Of a stretch of 64,000 nucleotides of DNA, positions 61,523 through 64,000 are shown in pieces (positions within the stretch are counted from its first letter, which is position 1; the number at the start of each line of letters is the position of its first letter). The position numbers were made by a program, and so were the translations under genes. The stretch spans positions 9,982,001 to 10,046,000 of the forward strand of contig NC_043021.1 of the NCBI RefSeq assembly GCF_006345805.1. The letters are read 5' to 3'. The notes under the pieces are model-generated. The model made no database searches, had not been told where the DNA came from, and saw only the letters and a program-made list of their open reading frames with translations. The stretch comes from Octopus sinensis. Its lineage: Eukaryota.

Positions 61523-63342
61523 ATTGGAGCTGAAGAATAATTCACGAGCGTTTTTCTTTCAAATTTATTTTAAACAAAAAATCTATAATAAATTAATTAA
61601 TAATATACTCTCCGTTGCTGTTTACGACTTCCTCCCAAGATTTTTGATGCCGCGGCAATAGAAATCTCCCGGTCTTGACTAAAAGAATTCGTTCTGCCAA
61701 CCTCTCTAGCCCTCGTTATTATTGAACGATACACCGCGCAAAGCGTTCGAAAGCAGTCGAAAAAGAAGAAAATCTTACGGCACCAGATTGTTATTTACGT
61801 CAATGGAGGTCAGCGATTGGTTAAAATTGCCGAAATGCAAGAAATTTCAGACGAAATATCTTACAAACTATAGAATTTTCTCAATAAAGCCAAGAGAAAA
61901 TGATGTTTTATAAACACCTTCTACCAGTATACGAAGTTTAAAACTTTTTAGTTACCTAGAAATTATGTTATAAAGTGCCGTTCAAAAGGAAAAGATCCGG
62001 AGATTATGGAGGATAAGGCAGCACTTACCATTCGAGTTCTTGAATTGCGGCTTTGGTCATATTGGCGATAAAAGGACGGGCGTTATAGTGTTGCAGAAGA
62101 ACGCCATTTCGCCATTTCGGTCTTTCTTGCTGAACTGCTTCGTTGAGTCGGTGCAGTTGTTGAGCGTAGAGCTCCGCTTTGAGTGTTTGGTTACGCTCAA
62201 GCAGTTCGTAAAGAATTATGCTTTCTCAGTCCCACTATACATACGACGTGATCATTCGAGGATGAAGGTCTTGTTTTACTCGCGGAGTCGCTTGTTTTTT
62301 GGGGCTGAGCCATTCTTTTCGCTGCTTCATATTGACGTAAAGGCACTATTTTTCATCGCCAGTGACAATGCGGTAAAGTTCCTTCTCGAGCCATGCCAGG
62401 CTCATAAGGGTCGGTTTCCCAGTTTCAGTGGCGTAGAAATTTTCCACCTGGATGGGGTGCCAGTCCATTGCAGGATTACTCACTTTTGCCAGCTGAGTGG
62501 ACTGGAGCAACGTGACATGAAGTGTTTTGCTCAAGAACACAATGCATCGCCCGGTCCAGGAATCGAAACCACAACCTTACGATCATGAGTTCAACACCCT
62601 AACCACTAAGCCACGCACCTCTACATTTGTTATATATATAGCAATCAAAAATTAAGCTAGCACATTAGTGAATAGCCTAATTTGCATATCTGTACTTTCC
62701 ACAGCTCATCATTAATGAAGCAATACATATATTTCAAGCATGGCAGAACATTAATCATGTGTTGAGCGATGTAGAATGAGGAAACTGGCGGCGATTTTGA
62801 AACGTTGATTTTTGCTGCTTTCGCTCAAAATGTGTGGCACCCAAGCGCCGAGTTTCTGAACCTTGTCCTTTGATTGAAAGTGGTTCACCACAGCTTTTTT
62901 GATAACAATCCATCTCTTCCGCCAATTCTCTGGTCGTTTGACACGCAATTTCGTGAAGTTGATTCAATCGCTCTTCATCGAACTCAATTGTTTAACCGGT
63001 GTTTGATCTGTCCTTGAAGTCAAAATTCCTATTTTTGAAGCGCGGAAACCAACGGCGAGCGGTACTTTGAGGTATTACTCCTCCTCCATACACAACACAG
63101 ATCTTACAAACAGCTTCGGCGGCCTTAACACCTTGATTAATTGCAAAAAGCAAATGGTGTCAAAAATGGTCAGTTTTGTCCACTTGACATTTCATTTTAA
63201 TCATCTGAAAAAAAAAAAAAATCAAAGCACACTATCTTGTAGAGCGAAAAATTCTCTTTTAAATAACGTAAAACATTTTGCCAACACGTTTTATTCCTGC
63301 AAGCATTTTTAATTTGAAAAGAAAAAAAACGCTCATGAATTA
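61523..63342 (-). mobile_element. Near-complete degenerate mariner element with TIRs, interrupted by a SINE (62379-62625) and another repeat (~61700-61990)
   Basis: Inverted termini aattcacgagcgttttt (~61539) and aaaaacgctcatgaatt (~63325-63341). Translated remnants QSTARRWFPRFK, QTTRELAE, KLGAWVPHIL, RIVTGDEK, HYNARP, SPDL and FYCRGIKNL...VVNSNGEYI. Confidence 0.85.
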
Positions 63343-63350
63343 TATATATA

Positions 63351-63392
<42 letters not shown>

Positions 63393-63396
63393 ATAT

Positions 63397-63442
<46 letters not shown>

Positions 63443-63449
63443 ATATATA

Positions 63450-63630
63450 ATCCAAATATGAAAACACAACAACGCGAGGACGTGAAACAAGTATAGTGTT
63501 TATTGGACGATCAGGGAAGGAAAAACAGATTGGTTTAACGTTTCGAGAGCAGACGCTCTTCTTTGGAAACAGATGAAAGTCAAATAGAAGGGAAGATGGA
63601 GGAAGAAAATCGCCAGCGATTCACACATGG
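63450..63630 (-). mobile_element. Penelope-like element terminal fragment with decayed hammerhead (63533-63570)
   Basis: GTTT-CCAAAGA-A-GAG...CTC-GAAACGT-T-AAAC; core positions mutated. Confidence 0.5.
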
Positions 63631-63710
63631 TTATATATATATATATATAGTTGAACCGTCCAACCCATGCTAGCATGGAAAGCGGACGCTAAATGATGAT
63701 GATGATGATG

Positions 63711-63776
<66 letters not shown>

Positions 63777-64000
63777 ATGTATGTATGTATGTATGTATGT
63801 ATGTATGTCATGCATGCATGATTTGTGTCTGTCCTCCCATCACCGCTTGGCAACCGGTGTTGGTGTGTTTGTGTCTCCATAACTTAGCAGTTCGACAAAA
63901 AAACCAATAGAATAAGTACTAAGCTTAAGAAATAAAATCTAAATAAATAGATTTGTTCGGCTACTACCCTACAAGGCGGTGCTCCAGCATGACCACAGTC

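Overview
AT-rich, repeat-dense animal genomic DNA. The SINE/LINE families and microsatellite load point to an octopod cephalopod (inference, not database-confirmed). Two spliced protein genes could be rebuilt by hand with consistent reading frames and GT-AG junctions. (1) The 3' part of SF1 (splicing factor 1/branchpoint-binding protein; + strand, 9 coding exons, 638-12235; KH-QUA2, CCHC knuckle, Pro-rich tail; 5' exons lie upstream of the window), with a TE-free ~2 kb 3' UTR. (2) A complete EIF3M (- strand, 10 coding exons, 47528-34264, 378 aa) with a candidate TCT/5'TOP start. The rest is mostly tRNA-derived SINEs, RTE/CR1/R4-type LINE pieces, piggyBac-type MITEs, Helitron and mariner remnants, and microsatellites. 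Most ORFs in the supplied track are repeat artefacts. Most interesting items: a near-full-length 5S rRNA copy fused to a SINE/LINE-type 3' tail (candidate SINE3) in EIF3M intron 1; three Penelope-type termini carrying minimal hammerhead ribozyme motifs; a candidate unannotated spliced minus-strand unit (short ORF plus small TM ORF) beside a CLEAR/E-box; a palindrome-rich ~350 bp tandem triplication; a self-nested MITE; and a tandem ACTAAC (STAR/SF1 site) acceptor downstream of SF1. No prokaryote-type system or CRISPR array is present.
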